DNA from: a virus
Length of the DNA stretch: 56,389 bases
IMG/VR virus record: IMGVR_UViG_3300046643_000057
Span: 1-56,389 of that record
Direction: 5' to 3' (one strand)
Of the stretch, positions 1 through 8,976 are shown piece by piece (positions within the stretch are counted from its first letter, which is position 1; the number at the start of each line of letters is the position of its first letter). The notes under the pieces were generated by a model. That model did no database searches and was not told where the DNA came from. It was given only the letters and a program-made list of their open reading frames with translations. The position numbers were made by a program, and so were the translations under genes.

Positions 1-127
1 GCTGTTCTGCGCCGACACTTCGGCCGGGATCGTCTCGAGCATGTCCGCGTCGGCGGCGATGCGCAACTGGATCGAACCGTCGTTCGCGAACACGTCGGCC
101 AAGTCGAGGTCCGATTGGCGCGAGTCG
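1..127. repeat. 127-bp terminal overlap, identical to 56263..56389 (circular assembly signature)
   Basis: Direct comparison: gctgttctgcgccgacac...ggcgcgagtcg occurs at both ends of the window. The copy lies inside the capsid gene, so it is not a natural genome terminus. Confidence 0.95.
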
Positions 128-591
128 ACCGTCGACAGGGCGACGGCGAAGCTCTTGGCCTGATTGATCGCAAGCACGACGCTGTTCGACGTCGGGTATT
201 GCGGGTTCAGGCCGGCGCCGATCACGTAGTCCGAGACGATCACGTCAGGGATCGTGCGAATCTTGACCTGCGCGCCGAAGCCCGCGATCTCGCCTTCGTA
301 GTCGGTCGACGCGATCTCACCGAAGACGGTGGTCTTGTAGAACTTCTCGACGAGCTTGCCCGAGTAGAGCTCGGGGTCGAAGTTCACGGTGCCGGCAGGA
401 CCGTAGTCGGGCACGCCCGACGCGCGAGGCACGCCGAGGTACGCGACCTGACCGGTGCGGCCGAGGTAGCCGAAGATCGTCTCGTTGGCCTTGTGGCCGA
501 CTTCGACGGCGAAGTCCTTCGCGGCGACGGCAACGGTGCCGAGCGCGGCGATGACGGCGAGCACGAGGCTCGACTGTGCAAATTTCTTCAC
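1..591 (-). CDS. major capsid protein, N-terminal part (the gene wraps over the contig junction and continues at 56262..55753)
   Basis: Absent from the ORF track. GTG start at 591 follows a GGAGAG SD. My translation VKKFAQSS...NFDPELYSGKLVEKFYKTTVFGEIASTDYEGEIAGFGAQVKIRTIPDV...QSDLDLADVFANDGS is in frame with ORF 55753..56364 across the overlap. The motif pattern recalls N4 gp56 / P22-type coat proteins. Confidence 0.8.
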   Translation of the reverse strand, partial: MKKFAQSSLVLAVIAALGTVAVAAKDFAVEVGHKANETIFGYLGRTGQVAYLGVPRASGVPDYGPAGTVNFDPELYSGKLVEKFYKTTVFGEIASTDYEGEIAGFGAQVKIRTIPDVIVSDYVIGAGLNPQYPTSNSVVLAINQAKSFAVALSTVDSRQSDLDLADVFANDGSIQLRIAADADMLETIPAEVSAQNS

Positions 592-629
592 GGTGTTCTC
601 TCCTGAAAGGGGTGCGTCACATCCCCGCG

Positions 630-1619
630 TCAGCGGGGTTTCGGCAGCGCCAATCGGGCTTCGAACTTCGACCGTTCCGCAGTTCCCACTTTGTTGATCG
701 ACGAACGCTTGTAGAAATCCTTGATCTCCGCTGCCGTGGGGTAACCCACGGGCTCGGAGCCATCAGGCGCTGCAGGCGCATTCGAAGCAGAGTCGCCGGG
801 TGCGGCACCAGAGCCTGAGGGGGACATCGGGGGCACCGGAGGTTTTGCGGCCGGCGCCGGTGCGATGCTCTTCTCCCAAGCCTTGAACATCCGACCGATC
901 GCTTTCACGTTCCGGTTTCGGATGTGGGCATCCAAGATGCCCTGACGCTGCACTTCGTTCTCGTCGTCCGCTTCCAAGTAGGCCAGCCAACTCGGATCGA
1001 CATCCGCAGCCGCGTAGTTCGGATACTCCACCGCAAGGGCATCGTAGAACTCTCGCTTGCTGCGTTCCGCGGCGGTCTCCGTGTCTCGGGCCTGCTGTTC
1101 ACGAAGCGGCTTCATCGCCGCCTCGATCAACTCGCCTGCCTTCGTCTCGGCTGCCACCTCGGCCGCCTTCGCCATCGTGAGGCACTGCTCCTCGCCGTAG
1201 GTCTCGATCTGAGCCGGCGAAAAGTAGCGCTTGATGTCGACGACTGGTGTCTCTGAGTTTGCCGGCGCTGCACTCTTCAGCGTCCGCACTTGCTCCGAAA
1301 GGTCGTTCACCCGCTGATGCAGTTCGCCCTGCTCTCGCTGGCGGTCCGTGCGCTCTCGTTTCAAGAGCCCGTCCGTCACTTGGAAGCGTTGCTTCCAATA
1401 TGCCGGGTCGGTGTCGCGCGGATCGCCTTGAGGCGTGGGCGGCTGTGGGTCAGTGGGTTTTGCTTCGCTGGCCGCTGGCGGTGTGTCTGCCGGTGCGTTC
1501 AGGTCTGCGGGATTGGGGTTGTCCGGTTCGGCGGGCTTGTAGCGGGCTTCGATTGCCGCACTGCGTCGCACCACTTGCCGAGGGAGCTTCAGTTCTGTTC
1601 GGGCCTGAGAAGGCTGCAT
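630..1619 (-). CDS. scaffolding protein (putative)
   Basis: 329-aa ORF immediately upstream of the capsid gene. It is charged, rich in Ala/Glu/Pro, looks coiled-coil and has low-complexity ends. Confidence 0.65.
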   Translation of the reverse strand: MQPSQARTELKLPRQVVRRSAAIEARYKPAEPDNPNPADLNAPADTPPAASEAKPTDPQPPTPQGDPRDTDPAYWKQRFQVTDGLLKRERTDRQREQGELHQRVNDLSEQVRTLKSAAPANSETPVVDIKRYFSPAQIETYGEEQCLTMAKAAEVAAETKAGELIEAAMKPLREQQARDTETAAERSKREFYDALAVEYPNYAAADVDPSWLAYLEADDENEVQRQGILDAHIRNRNVKAIGRMFKAWEKSIAPAPAAKPPVPPMSPSGSGAAPGDSASNAPAAPDGSEPVGYPTAAEIKDFYKRSSINKVGTAERSKFEARLALPKPR

Positions 1620-1686
1620 TCAAAATCTCCACGATCCGGGCTGTTGGCCGGGGTTCGCGAGGGATGCGAGAGGCGGTTCCCAAGTT

Positions 1687-1989
1687 TCAGGTGAGCGGAT
1701 CGGTAGCGAACTGGGGTGGTCGCTTGAATGGCTCACGTCGGGCGATGATCTTCGGTGTCAACACGTCGGCGAGCTCGTCTAGGGAGGCGGCTCGCCCTTG
1801 CAGTCGGTACAGGGCCTCCCCTGACACCCTCCGCAAGTCGATGTTGACAGCGTCGATCTCGCTATTGATCAGCGCCAGCAGAAGCTGCCCATCTGGCGAC
1901 TTCCCGAGTCGGCTCAGAAATTGGACCTGCGTTTCTGTGAGGCGCTGCATGTGCGCCGCATTGTGCGTGCTGTAGGACTCGTCCGTCAA
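1687..1989 (-). CDS. hypothetical protein between portal and scaffold
   Basis: 100-aa ORF. TTG start overlaps the portal stop (TTGA); an alternative ATG lies at 1950. GC3 is high. Confidence 0.55.
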   Translation of the reverse strand: MTDESYSTHNAAHMQRLTETQVQFLSRLGKSPDGQLLLALINSEIDAVNIDLRRVSGEALYRLQGRAASLDELADVLTPKIIARREPFKRPPQFATDPLT

Positions 1990-4343
1990 TACTGCGTGCG
2001 GTCAGACTGTGCTGCAGGTTGAGCAGAAGGCGCGAGCTTGGCAGGCGGCACGGCTGCCGCGGCCGGGTCGCCGGTGCTCGCCGGGTCCATCGTCTGGTCG
2101 GCGGGCAGCGTCTCGCCGGCATTGCTCTCCAAGGCCTGCACGTTCGGGATACCGCCCGGCGTGGCACCGCGGTTGATCGCGGTCTCGACAGCGAATTGCA
2201 CGATGTTGGAGATCGTCTGCGCGTTGATGGTCTGCTGTTCGCGCTGACCCTGCGCCTGCTCCTTGTTTTGCTCGATCTGCGCTTGGGACGCTGCTGCAGC
2301 CTGTGCGGCCTGCGCGGCCTGCTGACCTTGCTGCGCGATCTGGGTTTCGACTTCGTCCTCGCTCGGCACGCACTCGTCGACCGGGAGCTCCATCGCCGTT
2401 GCGACTTCGCGCACGATGTTGGCGATGTACTTCGGCCCGAGAATCTGCGTGATGACGGGCGAGGTCGTGACCATCTGCAGGAACTGCGTGCGCCGCTGCT
2501 GCGCCGATTCCTTGATGAGGATGGCTGCCGCGCCGCGCGGCACGACGATGCAATCCCCCTTGATCGACAGATCGGGGTTGTAGAGCATCTCGTTCGTGAA
2601 GGTGTCGCCGATGGTGGGCGAGATCACGTTCAGATCGATATTGGAAATCGCACGGCGCAGGCCCTTGGCCGCGTTGTTCATCAGCATCGAGAGACCGGTC
2701 GCGGTATCGGCCGAGCCGCCTGCGTTCTCGTTGCCGTAGGTGTAGCGTGGGATGCCGGTTGCGTCGTCGGCGCGAAGCTCCCACTTCTCATAGGTCGCCA
2801 TCAGGCTCGCGCTGTTGTCCTGCGCCTGCCAGAAACCCATGCCGGGGTTCACACCCTGCGTGGGGTCGGACTTCAGTTGCACGATTTTCCACGGGTAGAT
2901 TTCGAGCGTGTTCTCACCGTCCGCCATGCGGTCGGCATGCACCCAGACCATAGGGCCGGACGCCATCGACATGTTGTCGGCCAGCGCGCAGGCGATGCCG
3001 TTGCACATTTTCTGGCTGGTCGCGCACAGGTCAGGGATCGATCGGCCCCAGAAGGCGCCCGGAATCTCGTCGTAGCAGGCCTTGCGGTACGGCCGATGGT
3101 CGAGCGGATCGGGGTTCATCGCGGCGTAGAGGATGTAGCGCCCACAGACGAGCACATTCACTTCGTAGTCGCGGGTCGGTTCGATGTCCTCGCCTTTCTT
3201 GCCGTGCACACCCCACGAAAGGAGCTTCCACCCCGGCACCGACCCCCAATAGTTCAACGCGTCGATAACGCCCGGAGGCGAGAGCCACATATAGAGCGTC
3301 TCTTGCTCGAGTCGTTGGCGTTCGGCCTCGGTCCAGAGCCACCCCTCGAGGTGCCCATTCGAGTAATCCATCAGCGCCTTGTCGATCTCGTTGTCCTTGT
3401 AATCGGGCAGCCCTTTGAGATCGTGCAATTCTTCACGACGGAAGCGGATTCGTTCGATGAAGTCGCCTTGCTGGCATGTCCGGGCCGACGGCGCCGGGTA
3501 GGCGTCGAAGGGTGAGACGCGCTCATAGGACTGCGCCGGGTTGTTCGAGACTTCAGGCTTCCAGCCAGAGCCCCACGAAAGCGTCTTGTGGCGTTTGTAG
3601 ATCGGGCCCTTCAGGATCGCGGCCGGATAGGTGACGAAGTCTTCGACGAAGCCATCCATCGCGGGCTCGTAGTCGCCCTCAACGAGGCGATCGGCGATCT
3701 GCGCTTCCATGCGCTTGGCGCGCTGCGCCGCGGTCTTGCGCAGTTGCGTCTCGGTCTGGTCGCGCAGCTTGTCGCCGATCTGCGCGGCGAGGCCTCGGAA
3801 CTCGTCTTTCGAGAGCGTGCCGCCGCCTGCCTGCTGAATCTGCTGCATGGTCGCAGTTGCCTGCTGCAGCGCCTTGCCGACCACTGACTTCATGAGCTCC
3901 TTGGGCATGTCGGGCATTGGTGTGGGCTCGATCCCCCACGGTTGTTCGCCCACGGGCAGCACGATCTCGCGAATCCACGCGGAGGCTGCCCGGCACTTGG
4001 TCTCGGTGAGATCGGCCCACACGATGTTCATGCCGCCCTGATTGGCCTGCATCGCGGCGATGGCGCTCGGCGAGTAGAGCCCCCGACGTGCACGCAGGCA
4101 GTCGAGTAGCTTCAAGTCGATTTTCATCTTCGCCAGCTTGTTGCGGCCCCACGCGGCGCGGCAGTGGCTCGCGAGCGCCGAGAGGCTGCCCGTGTCGTCG
4201 ATGCTCTGTGCTTCGGGTGGTTTCTCCGCGTCACGCTGCAGTAGCTGCTGCAGGCCGAGCGCACGAACGAGAGGGTGACTCGTCGGCGCGGGGCCTTGGT
4301 TGCTGCTCGGGGATGTCGGAGAGGCGAGGCTTTGTGCGGGCAT
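1986..4343 (-). CDS. portal protein
   Basis: 785-aa ORF directly downstream of the large terminase block and upstream of scaffold and capsid. The call rests on size and position. It has a Q/A-rich C-terminal tail. Confidence 0.8.
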   Translation of the reverse strand: MPAQSLASPTSPSSNQGPAPTSHPLVRALGLQQLLQRDAEKPPEAQSIDDTGSLSALASHCRAAWGRNKLAKMKIDLKLLDCLRARRGLYSPSAIAAMQANQGGMNIVWADLTETKCRAASAWIREIVLPVGEQPWGIEPTPMPDMPKELMKSVVGKALQQATATMQQIQQAGGGTLSKDEFRGLAAQIGDKLRDQTETQLRKTAAQRAKRMEAQIADRLVEGDYEPAMDGFVEDFVTYPAAILKGPIYKRHKTLSWGSGWKPEVSNNPAQSYERVSPFDAYPAPSARTCQQGDFIERIRFRREELHDLKGLPDYKDNEIDKALMDYSNGHLEGWLWTEAERQRLEQETLYMWLSPPGVIDALNYWGSVPGWKLLSWGVHGKKGEDIEPTRDYEVNVLVCGRYILYAAMNPDPLDHRPYRKACYDEIPGAFWGRSIPDLCATSQKMCNGIACALADNMSMASGPMVWVHADRMADGENTLEIYPWKIVQLKSDPTQGVNPGMGFWQAQDNSASLMATYEKWELRADDATGIPRYTYGNENAGGSADTATGLSMLMNNAAKGLRRAISNIDLNVISPTIGDTFTNEMLYNPDLSIKGDCIVVPRGAAAILIKESAQQRRTQFLQMVTTSPVITQILGPKYIANIVREVATAMELPVDECVPSEDEVETQIAQQGQQAAQAAQAAAASQAQIEQNKEQAQGQREQQTINAQTISNIVQFAVETAINRGATPGGIPNVQALESNAGETLPADQTMDPASTGDPAAAAVPPAKLAPSAQPAAQSDRTQY

Positions 4344-4445
4344 GCGGTCGGCACCGGTGAGGCGTGACGCATGGCGCTACGGCCGCTTGCGAGGATGCGC
4401 GCGATTATGCAGCGGGTGAGGCGGAAACGACAACGCCCGCCGGGT

Positions 4446-4586
4446 TCACTGCGCCGGGCCGCGCCGCTTGGCCGCGCGTTTCTTCGCGATCAGGCGCCGC
4501 GCTAGGCGCGCTGCTTCGAGCAGCGACACGCGCTTGTCGATCTTCTGACAGGCCTGCCAGAAGTCGTAAAGCTCTTCGTTGCTCAT
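4446..4586 (-). CDS. small hypothetical protein (46 aa)
   Basis: Too short for the ORF track. ATG at 4586 overlaps the upstream stop (ATGA). Translation: MSNEELYDFWQACQKIDKRVSLLEAARLARRLIAKKRAAKRRGPAQ. Confidence 0.45.
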   Translation of the reverse strand: MSNEELYDFWQACQKIDKRVSLLEAARLARRLIAKKRAAKRRGPAQ

Positions 4587-4969
4587 GCGTTCGGGATGAC
4601 GCGTTCGGGCTCGGTGTCGGTTGCAGCGACGTGCGTCACGCCTTTATCGCTGGTCGTCCACGCGGCGATGCGCGCTTTGATGGCGCGCAGGTAGCCGAGC
4701 ATGTGACCGAACTGCGCCTGCAGTCTGTCCTGCTCGTCGTGCGCCAGCGTGTAGAACTTCTCCGCACCGATGAACTCGCCGAGCTTCTTGACCTTGTCTT
4801 CAAGGTCGTCATGCTCGACGATCACGCGGCTTTGATGGGGCTCCACGGGTTGCCCATCGGGCAGCAGGCCCGAGGGCGTGCCGATCGCGAGCGTACCGGC
4901 CCGCAGCGTTGCCTCTTGCGCTGCTGCGTGATCCGCGGCCATCGTGTTCGTGTCGTCTGAGTCGTTCAT
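4583..4969 (-). CDS. hypothetical protein
   Basis: ORF 4583..4978. I prefer ATG at 4969 because it overlaps the terL stop (ATGA). Contains a helical segment HDDLEDKVKKLGEFI...LQAQFGHMLGYLRAIKARI. Confidence 0.6.
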   Translation of the reverse strand: MNDSDDTNTMAADHAAAQEATLRAGTLAIGTPSGLLPDGQPVEPHQSRVIVEHDDLEDKVKKLGEFIGAEKFYTLAHDEQDRLQAQFGHMLGYLRAIKARIAAWTTSDKGVTHVAATDTEPERVIPNA

Positions 4970-6579
4970 CGTGTCCACACCACTTGACGGCGCGTGACCG
5001 GCCGCGCCTTTGCCGTGACGATCTTCCGATCGATCAATTCAGGGATGAAGGATAGCGCGAGCGAGTCGGCGCAGTCCGGGCTCTTGCCCCCGTTTTTCTT
5101 CATGTCCTTCTTGCTTTGAAGCTGGATGCGAAACAGCGCGTCATAGCCATAGTCGAGGCTCGTCAACTCATCGGCGAGCGCGTCGTCGTCGGGAATCTCG
5201 CCCTGCTCCAAGAAGTCGCGCATCTTCCCCCAGCACTCGGACCGCTGGTTGAAATACTGCTTGCTGTCCTTCGCCGGCTGCCCCCACATGACAGGGATCA
5301 ACGGGATCGAGAGCCCCGGCATGCGCTTCAAGGCCGAGTCGAGATCGGCGCCGTTGCCGATGGCGTCATAGACGACGCACGAACAGCCCGAGGCGTCGTG
5401 CCGATCGTGCCGCGCCCGGTCAGGATCGCCACGCAGGTATTCGAAAATCTTTCCCGCCAAGTCGGGGCCGTCGAAGCCCGAGAGCTTGACCTGCCAATGC
5501 ACCTTCAGGCCTTGGCGCAGCGTGATCACGCTGAAGTCATCCCCGAAGCGTGCAGGGTCGACTGCAAGGATTTTCTGGAACGGCGCGTAGACGTTGCCCG
5601 CGACACGGCGCCTGCGCGCGTTCGTGACGAGCTCGGGACTGATGAAGTTGGCGTAGCCCGCGCGCGGAAACTGGCCCTTGACGCGCACGCGCACGAAGTC
5701 GCTATCCTCGCCGTAGTCTTCGATCCATGCCGCGATCAAACCCTTGTTCGACAGTTTGACGTCGCGGCTGTCGACGCGGTGGTAGACGTTCCTCTTCGGC
5801 GTGCTGCAGTTCTTGAAGAACTCACCGGACGTGCGCGTCGGGTTGCCGTAGCGACACCAGACGATTTCGGTATCGGCATCGGTGAGTGCGCCGCGCGTCA
5901 CCTCCCACACCGGATCGTCGATCGAGGCTGCCTCGTCGAAGATCACGAGGATGCGTTTACCCTTGTTGTGCAGGCCCGCGAAGGCCTCGGTGTTGTTCGC
6001 CGACCAGGGCACGGCGTCGATGCGCCACGCCTTCTCACGCACGGGATCGTTCGCGATATAGATGCTCGTGGCCGTGAAAGTGAACATGCCCTTCGCGATG
6101 AAGAGGCTGTACCACTTCGAAAGCTCGGCCCACGTCTTCGTGCGTAGCTGCGTGTCGGTGTTCGCGGTCACGACACCGCGACAGTCTTCGAACGTGCTGA
6201 TCGCCCAGAGGATCAGCCACGACACTTCGGCGCTCTTGCCGATGCCGTGGCCTGAGGAAATATCCTCTTCGATCACATCGCCGAGCGTCGCGGCCCCTGC
6301 GCGCAGGCGCTGCCCGATGCGGTCGAGTTGATCGACTTGCCACTGTTCGGGGCCTTCGTTGTCTTCAAGCGCGGTGCCCGGCTCGCCCCACGGGAACGCC
6401 CATCGCACGAACCCGAGCGGGTCGTCAGCGAAGCGCGCGAGATCATCCATGATGTCGTCGAGCGCTGACCCGCGGATCGCGTCATGGCCGAGATCGGCCG
6501 GTGAGACAGGGACAGCGGCGACGATCGACGTGTAGCCTGTTGCACCGCCCGGTACGCGCGGAAGACGTGAGATCGCCAC
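4966..6579 (-). CDS. terL: terminase large subunit
   Basis: Walker A SSGHGIGKSA, Walker B KRILVIFDEA, nuclease-domain motif AVDPARFGDDFSV. The start is ambiguous: GTG at 6579 lies 1 nt after the upstream stop, and an alternative ATG lies at 6450. The track start at 6720 is unlikely. Confidence 0.9.
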   Translation of the reverse strand: MAISRLPRVPGGATGYTSIVAAVPVSPADLGHDAIRGSALDDIMDDLARFADDPLGFVRWAFPWGEPGTALEDNEGPEQWQVDQLDRIGQRLRAGAATLGDVIEEDISSGHGIGKSAEVSWLILWAISTFEDCRGVVTANTDTQLRTKTWAELSKWYSLFIAKGMFTFTATSIYIANDPVREKAWRIDAVPWSANNTEAFAGLHNKGKRILVIFDEAASIDDPVWEVTRGALTDADTEIVWCRYGNPTRTSGEFFKNCSTPKRNVYHRVDSRDVKLSNKGLIAAWIEDYGEDSDFVRVRVKGQFPRAGYANFISPELVTNARRRRVAGNVYAPFQKILAVDPARFGDDFSVITLRQGLKVHWQVKLSGFDGPDLAGKIFEYLRGDPDRARHDRHDASGCSCVVYDAIGNGADLDSALKRMPGLSIPLIPVMWGQPAKDSKQYFNQRSECWGKMRDFLEQGEIPDDDALADELTSLDYGYDALFRIQLQSKKDMKKNGGKSPDCADSLALSFIPELIDRKIVTAKARPVTRRQVVWTR

Positions 6580-6580
6580 C

Positions 6581-6865
6581 CTACAGATGCGGTCCGGTCT
6601 TCGCCACTTTCCAAGGCTTGCCTGTGAGCTTGTCGCGCAGCGTGCCGGTCGTATCCATGCTCGGGTTCGCGTCGGGGTAGCTGTAGTCGGCGACTGCCAA
6701 CTGAGCAGGCGGCGCAGCATCGATGACGCGCTGCGAGCGCATGGCGCCTACGGATTCGCTCATGGTCAGGGTCTGGCCCACGCCTGTTGCCTGATTGCGG
6801 AAGCGCTGCGCATAGGGCCGCGTCGCCTGCACGCCCGAATGGGTGCTCGTGTCACTTGCTTTCAT
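6581..6865 (-). CDS. hypothetical protein between terS and terL
   Basis: Part of ORF 6581..6961. ATG at 6865 is preceded by AAGGGGAA. Translation begins MKASDTSTHSGVQATRPYAQRF. Confidence 0.5.
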   Translation of the reverse strand: MKASDTSTHSGVQATRPYAQRFRNQATGVGQTLTMSESVGAMRSQRVIDAAPPAQLAVADYSYPDANPSMDTTGTLRDKLTGKPWKVAKTGPHL

Positions 6866-7442
6866 CGGTGTTCCCCTTGTCTGCAATGCGCTTGCGCGCG
6901 GTCTTGAGTCGATCAGCGAGGGCAGAGGCCAGCGCGTTGACGCCATCGCCTTCATCGCCAACGAGTTTGAAGTGCTTGGCGAGCGTGCCGAGCGCTGCGT
7001 CCTTGTTGAACCGTTTGATCTTTGCCGTGCGCGTCTCGATCCGCTTCACGACAGGCACCATCTCGCCTGTTGCGAGATCGAGCTCTAGCTCGGTGCTTCG
7101 TTCGAACTTCGATTCATGCTCAATGCCTGCGATGCTCGCCGCAGCGTCATCACTGAGCTCGTGAATCGGGATCAAGTGGCCTTTGTCGTCGAAGACTTGG
7201 CGGATGTCAGCGAAGGCCACGCGGCCGAGCTCAAGCATGACGCGAGCGGCTGTGATGTCGGAGGCTTTGAGCATGGCTTCGTTCAGTTCGCGCACACGCG
7301 CTGCGATCTCTGGCTTCGTGAGTAAACGCGCGCCTGCAAACTTACTCGCATATCCAGACTGAAGCGCGGCGCGCTCTGCGTGGAAACACTGCACATAGCG
7401 GCGCGCGAAAGTCTCGTGCTGTTCATTGCTGAGGCGTGGCAT
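6852..7442 (-). CDS. terS: terminase small subunit (Terminase_2/P27-like)
   Basis: MPRLSNEQHETFARRYVQCFHAERAALQSGYASKFAGARLLTKPEIAARVRELNEAM matches my recollection of the N-terminal HTH region of P27-family small terminases. Located directly upstream of terL. Confidence 0.8.
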   Translation of the reverse strand: MPRLSNEQHETFARRYVQCFHAERAALQSGYASKFAGARLLTKPEIAARVRELNEAMLKASDITAARVMLELGRVAFADIRQVFDDKGHLIPIHELSDDAAASIAGIEHESKFERSTELELDLATGEMVPVVKRIETRTAKIKRFNKDAALGTLAKHFKLVGDEGDGVNALASALADRLKTARKRIADKGNTDESK

Positions 7443-7752
7443 CGAGAGCCTGCAGCATCGGGTTGCGAGCGTGCAAAGCCGCGCGCCGCTTCTCATTCCA
7501 ATCAAGAATGATCTTCTGTATTGCAGCCACGAGACTAGGCATGTTCGTTCGCTCTAGGTCGTCAATGAGCTTCGCGTCGAGCATGTGCTGCGTGAGCGCA
7601 ATCGCGTACTCCTTGGCCGTCTCTTTGGTGTCTGGAATCGGTGCTTGCGAGCGCCACGCAACGGACTTGAATGCGCCACTCGGAAACTGCACGACGAAAC
7701 CGCCGACTGTGTCGTCGCCTGTTGCGCTTTCTGAGGGGAATAGCTTTGCCAT
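7423..7752 (-). CDS. hypothetical protein, first gene of the late operon
   Basis: ORF 7423..7779 with ATG at 7752 (MAKLFPSES...). Sits at the edge of the AT-rich divergent intergenic region. Confidence 0.55.
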   Translation of the reverse strand: MAKLFPSESATGDDTVGGFVVQFPSGAFKSVAWRSQAPIPDTKETAKEYAIALTQHMLDAKLIDDLERTNMPSLVAAIQKIILDWNEKRRAALHARNPMLQALDATPQQ

Positions 7753-7897
7753 AACCGCGACTGTATCGCAGAGCAGCAATAGTGAAAAGGTCTTGAGCGT
7801 GTTTCACATGAAACCTCGATTTCTTATCACTTTTGTTTATGAAAAAATCTTCACAACCCCTTGTGCACCATCCAGAAAACAACCGATAATTCTCTCA

Positions 7898-7915
7898 CTG
7901 TATCAAGTGATACAG
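7898..7915. promoter_or_regulatory. palindromic operator-like site O1 (CTGTATCAAGTGATACAG, perfect)
   Basis: 8-bp inverted arms with a 2-bp spacer, 44 bp upstream of the ATG at 7959. One of six related sites. Confidence 0.6.
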
Positions 7916-7958
7916 CACTACGCCCCTCGATAGGGCAAACATCAAAGGAATCTTCACC

Positions 7959-8933
7959 ATGTCACACGAACTCACCACCCGCGCAAACGGCCTCACCGAA
8001 ATGGCCTATGTCGGCGAAACGCCTTGGCACGGTCTCGGCCAAGAGCTCACCGAAGGCGCATCGATCGACGATTGGAAAACCGCTGCTGGCATGGATTGGA
8101 AAGTGCAGCGCTCCAAAGTCCGCTACTTCGCCGATGCGGCCGGCGCGCAGCAGTTCGAAATGGAGGACCGCCATGTCCTCTTGCGCAGCGACGACAAGAA
8201 GGCTCTCGGCATCGTGAGCCCTGAATTCAAGATCGTACAGCCCGGCGCCGTGCTCGAATTCTTCCGCGACCTGACCGAAGACGCAGGCATGCATTTGCAC
8301 ACTGCCGGCACGCTCTTTGGTGGTCGCAAGTTTTGGGCACTCGCCAAGGTCGCAGAAGCCACCATCCAAGGCGCCGACAAGGTCGGGGGCTACCTGCTCC
8401 TCGCCACAGCCTGCGACGGCAGCATGGCAACCGAGATTCGCGAGACGAGCATTCGGGTTGTCTGCAATAACACGCTGTCTATGGCTCGCAGCGTCGGTGC
8501 CAAGCGCGACGTGATCCGTATCACCCATCGCGAGAAGTTCAACGCCGAGTCCGTGAAGACTCGCATGCTCGACGCTGGCTCTTCGTTCGCGTCGCACATC
8601 GCACTCGCTCAGGAACTGAGCCGCAAGCGCGTCACAAACGCGATGGCTGAAGAGTTTGTCCGCAAGCTGCTTCGCCCTGACGAGGTGCTCATCGAAGGCG
8701 AAGAGGTTCGCGCACCGAAGGGTGAGGCTGATATTTTGCGTCTCTTCAAAGGTGAAGCGATCGGCTACGGGATGAGTGGTAGCGGCTCGGCGTGGACCTT
8801 GGTGAATGCCGTCACTCAATGGGTGGATCACGTCAAGGGTGGAAAGTCCGAGAGCCATCGTCTTGACTCCGCATTCTTCGGATCGGGCGACGATCTCAAA
8901 AATCGTGCCTTCGATCTCGCCTTCACGATCTGA
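7959..8933 (+). CDS. DUF932-like phage/plasmid protein
   Basis: 324 aa. Segments ...WHGLGQEL..., ...ALGIVSPEFKIVQPGAVLEFF..., ...GGRKFWALAKV... and TACDGSMATEIRETSIRVVCNNTLSMA match my memory of the DUF932 / TIGR03299 family. Confidence 0.7.
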   Translation: MSHELTTRANGLTEMAYVGETPWHGLGQELTEGASIDDWKTAAGMDWKVQRSKVRYFADAAGAQQFEMEDRHVLLRSDDKKALGIVSPEFKIVQPGAVLEFFRDLTEDAGMHLHTAGTLFGGRKFWALAKVAEATIQGADKVGGYLLLATACDGSMATEIRETSIRVVCNNTLSMARSVGAKRDVIRITHREKFNAESVKTRMLDAGSSFASHIALAQELSRKRVTNAMAEEFVRKLLRPDEVLIEGEEVRAPKGEADILRLFKGEAIGYGMSGSGSAWTLVNAVTQWVDHVKGGKSESHRLDSAFFGSGDDLKNRAFDLAFTI

Positions 8934-8940
8934 AGTAAAG

Positions 8941-8975
8941 TAGTCACCTTACATAAACTCTTTGTAAGGTGACTA
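8941..8975 (+). promoter_or_regulatory. perfect 13-bp stem hairpin covering the SD of the HNH gene
   Basis: tagtcaccttaca / tgtaaggtgacta with a 9-nt loop. The AAGGTGA SD lies in the 3-prime arm, 4 nt before the ATG at 8977. No T-run follows. Confidence 0.5.
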
Positions 8976-8976
8976 C

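Noticed and set aside
115-606. 163-aa plus-strand ORF at the window start
   Set aside because: It is antisense to the capsid coding frame and has Arg/Asp/Gly-rich composition typical of off-frame translation in high-GC DNA. The minus strand carries the recognisable coat-protein sequence.
2019-3515. Long antisense or off-frame ORFs (for example 2019-3515 +, 5116-6147 +, 21675-23252 -, 24518-25813 -, 38608-41187 +, 10640-11611 -)
   Set aside because: All overlap genes with recognisable motifs on the other strand or frame and translate to Arg/Ala/Gly/Pro-rich low-information sequence. These are the expected stop-poor shadow frames of a high-GC genome.
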